DNA from: Candidatus Woesearchaeota archaeon
GTDB taxonomy: Archaea > Nanobdellota > Nanobdellia > Woesearchaeales > JACPBV01
Direction of reading: 5' to 3'
Assembly: GCA_016180135.1 (NCBI GenBank)
Contig: JACPBV010000005.1
Coordinates: 802-64,801 of the forward strand
Length of the DNA stretch: 64,000 nucleotides
The translations under genes and the position numbers were made by a program. Below the pieces are notes generated by a model. The model ran no database searches and was not told the origin of the DNA. It was given only the letters and a program-made list of their open reading frames with translations. Numbering within the stretch: position 1 is the stretch's first letter; each line of letters starts with the position of its first letter. Of this stretch, positions 62,192-64,000 are shown one piece after another.

Positions 62192-64000
62192 ATGGCAAAG
62201 AAACAGGATAAAAAGAATGGAAATGACAAGGCTCCTTCTCAAAGCTATAAATCCTATAAGGCTCATGCAGGAGATGCAAAAGTTCATGCGGGAGATGTAA
62301 AAGCTCAAACGGAAGATGCAAAGCCCCAAGGCGTAGACACCAAGCTTCCTGCAGGCCCGATGCAGCCTCTTCAGCAGGCCCAGCCTTCCCCTCTTCAGGC
62401 TCCTCCCTCTCCCGGATCCCCGCAGGGCATGCCCCAGCTTCCGCCATTGACAAAAGAGCAGGAAGAAAAGCTGAAAGAGATCAAGGCAAAGCTTGAAAAG
62501 TTCCAGAAGAAGATTGTTGAGAAGTTCGACAAATATATCATGGGTGTCGCTCTTCTCCCGCCTCCGAGGCCGAAAGAAGGCGAAAAGCCGGATACCGAAA
62601 AGATTTCAGTCCTTGTTCTTGTTGATGACACTGACTCAAAGAAGATGTCCAAGCAGGAGCTGAAGCAGAAGCTTCTTTCTATCGTTGACAAGCTTGCCCA
62701 GGAGATTGACCCAAGGATCATCCCTGAAGTTGTTATCTTAAGCGAGCTCTGGCAGAACTGCTATGACGCAAAGTATGATATGCTCCAGCTGATATCGATG
62801 TCCGCTCCGGTTTTTGACAACGGGATGCTTGGCGCAATAAAGATTGCAGAGATCCATAAAACGATGGTCCTGAGAAAATTCGAGAAGTACATCGTCTCCT
62901 ATGTTATGGCAGGCTCCCTAATCCAGGGCAGGGCGACAAAATCTTCTGACATTGATGTCTGGATCGTCATTGATGACACCGACGTCAAGAGGATGACCCG
63001 TGCAGAACTGAAAGACAAGCTCCGCGCGATTATCATCGGCATGGGGATAGAGGCAGGAGAGCTCACTGGGATCAAGAACAAGCTCAATATCCAGGTCTAT
63101 ATCCTCACTGACTTCTGGGATTCCCTGAAGGAAGCAAACCCCATCATCTTCACCTTGCTGAGAGACGGCGTCCCCTTCTACGACCGCGGCATTTTCATGC
63201 CCTGGAAGCAGCTGCTGAGGATGGGCAAGATCAAGCCCTCAGCTGAAGCGATTGATATGTTCATGGCGTCCGGCGAGCAGATGCTGACAAGAGTCAAGAA
63301 TGAGCTGAAAAATATCGGGATGGAAGATATTTATTATGCCATCCTTACCCCGTCGCAGGCTGCATTGATGCTGTATGGCATCCCGCCGCCGGCTCCAAAA
63401 GAGACTGCTGAGCTGATGCGCGAGGTTTTTGTCAAAAAGGAAAAGCTTCTTGAGGAGAAATTCATAGAAACCCTCGACAGGGTTGTCACCATCAGGAAAG
63501 AGATTGAGCATGGAGTGAAGAAAGACCTTTCCGGCAAGGAGGTTGATGAGCTCCTGGAAAACGCGGATAAGTACCTCAAGAGGATCAAGCGCCTGTTCAC
63601 CCAGATCGAGAAGATCCGCGAGGGGAAGGACATGCTCGAAGTTTATGATTCTATCATCACCATCATCCGGGATGTCCTCAGGCTTGAAGGCGTTGAACGC
63701 GTGCATGACGAGGAGGTCATCAAGTTTTTCGAGCATGAATTGGTCAGCGAAGGGAAGATTCCGGCAAAATTCCTCAGGATGCTGAATGAGATCATGAAAG
63801 CAAAGAAAGACTATGAAGATGGAAAGCTCACACAGCCGGAAGTGGACAAGCTGAAAAGAGATTCATCCCAGTTGGTCAAGTTCCTGGTTGAATATATGCA
63901 GAGAAAGCGGGGAAGGGAGCTCGAGCGCGCAAAGATACGTGTCAAGCACGGCGAGCGGTACGGCGAGATTCTCCTCCTGGACGACACTGCGTTCATCATC
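62192..64000 (+). CDS. tandem nucleotidyltransferase-domain protein with HEPN-like helical regions, 3' end cut by window edge (not in the ORF track)
   Basis: My own translation starts at ATG 62192 and stays open to nt 64000 (603 codons). Contains 'ISVLVLVDDTD' and 'MAGSLIQGRATKSSDIDVWIVIDDTD'. The C-terminal helices parallel the 1306-2109 protein. Confidence 0.75.
   Translation, partial: MAKKQDKKNGNDKAPSQSYKSYKAHAGDAKVHAGDVKAQTEDAKPQGVDTKLPAGPMQPLQQAQPSPLQAPPSPGSPQGMPQLPPLTKEQEEKLKEIKAKLEKFQKKIVEKFDKYIMGVALLPPPRPKEGEKPDTEKISVLVLVDDTDSKKMSKQELKQKLLSIVDKLAQEIDPRIIPEVVILSELWQNCYDAKYDMLQLISMSAPVFDNGMLGAIKIAEIHKTMVLRKFEKYIVSYVMAGSLIQGRATKSSDIDVWIVIDDTDVKRMTRAELKDKLRAIIIGMGIEAGELTGIKNKLNIQVYILTDFWDSLKEANPIIFTLLRDGVPFYDRGIFMPWKQLLRMGKIKPSAEAIDMFMASGEQMLTRVKNELKNIGMEDIYYAILTPSQAALMLYGIPPPAPKETAELMREVFVKKEKLLEEKFIETLDRVVTIRKEIEHGVKKDLSGKEVDELLENADKYLKRIKRLFTQIEKIREGKDMLEVYDSIITIIRDVLRLEGVERVHDEEVIKFFEHELVSEGKIPAKFLRMLNEIMKAKKDYEDGKLTQPEVDKLKRDSSQLVKFLVEYMQRKRGRELERAKIRVKHGERYGEILLLDDTAFII

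Overview
This 64-kb window looks like an accessory region of an uncultivated archaeon, possibly DPANN-like. That placement is inference from three things: TTTAAATA-type TATA boxes about 25-30 nt upstream of many start codons, KGQ-type class III signal peptides, and sequon-rich surface proteins. I recognised no rRNA, tRNA or CRISPR array by eye, and no core housekeeping genes. I call about 45 CDS. The dominant content is three paralogous surface modules at 10288-20453, 24301-29949 and 38394-48650, plus a partial set at 57310-59665. Each module pairs a 700-1000 aa protein carrying a prepilin-like N-terminus with a giant (1094-2185 aa) Ig/FN3-rich protein ending in a Cys-rich hydrophobic region. 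Modules A and C and the partial set also carry a conserved polytopic membrane protein. A fourth large surface gene (32536-35799) has its 5' end duplicated around a COG2865 (AlbA_2/ATPase/HTH) gene and its 3' end duplicated around a DUF1016/YhcG PDDEXK nuclease gene; all junctions are ATGA start/stop overlaps. A family of 115-190 nt palindromic intergenic elements occurs five times plus one solo arm. Its members show compensatory hairpin changes, and one copy has a target-site-like duplication. Other content: two toxin-antitoxin pairs (UPF0175/DUF3368 and VapBC), ribbon-helix-helix proteins, nucleotidyltransferase/HEPN-like paralogs at both window ends, a split TIM-barrel protein, a beta-propeller lipase, a putative heavily N-glycosylated surface protein, and many short intergenic tandem repeats in purine-rich leaders. 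All family assignments come from motif recognition by eye; no database search was possible.
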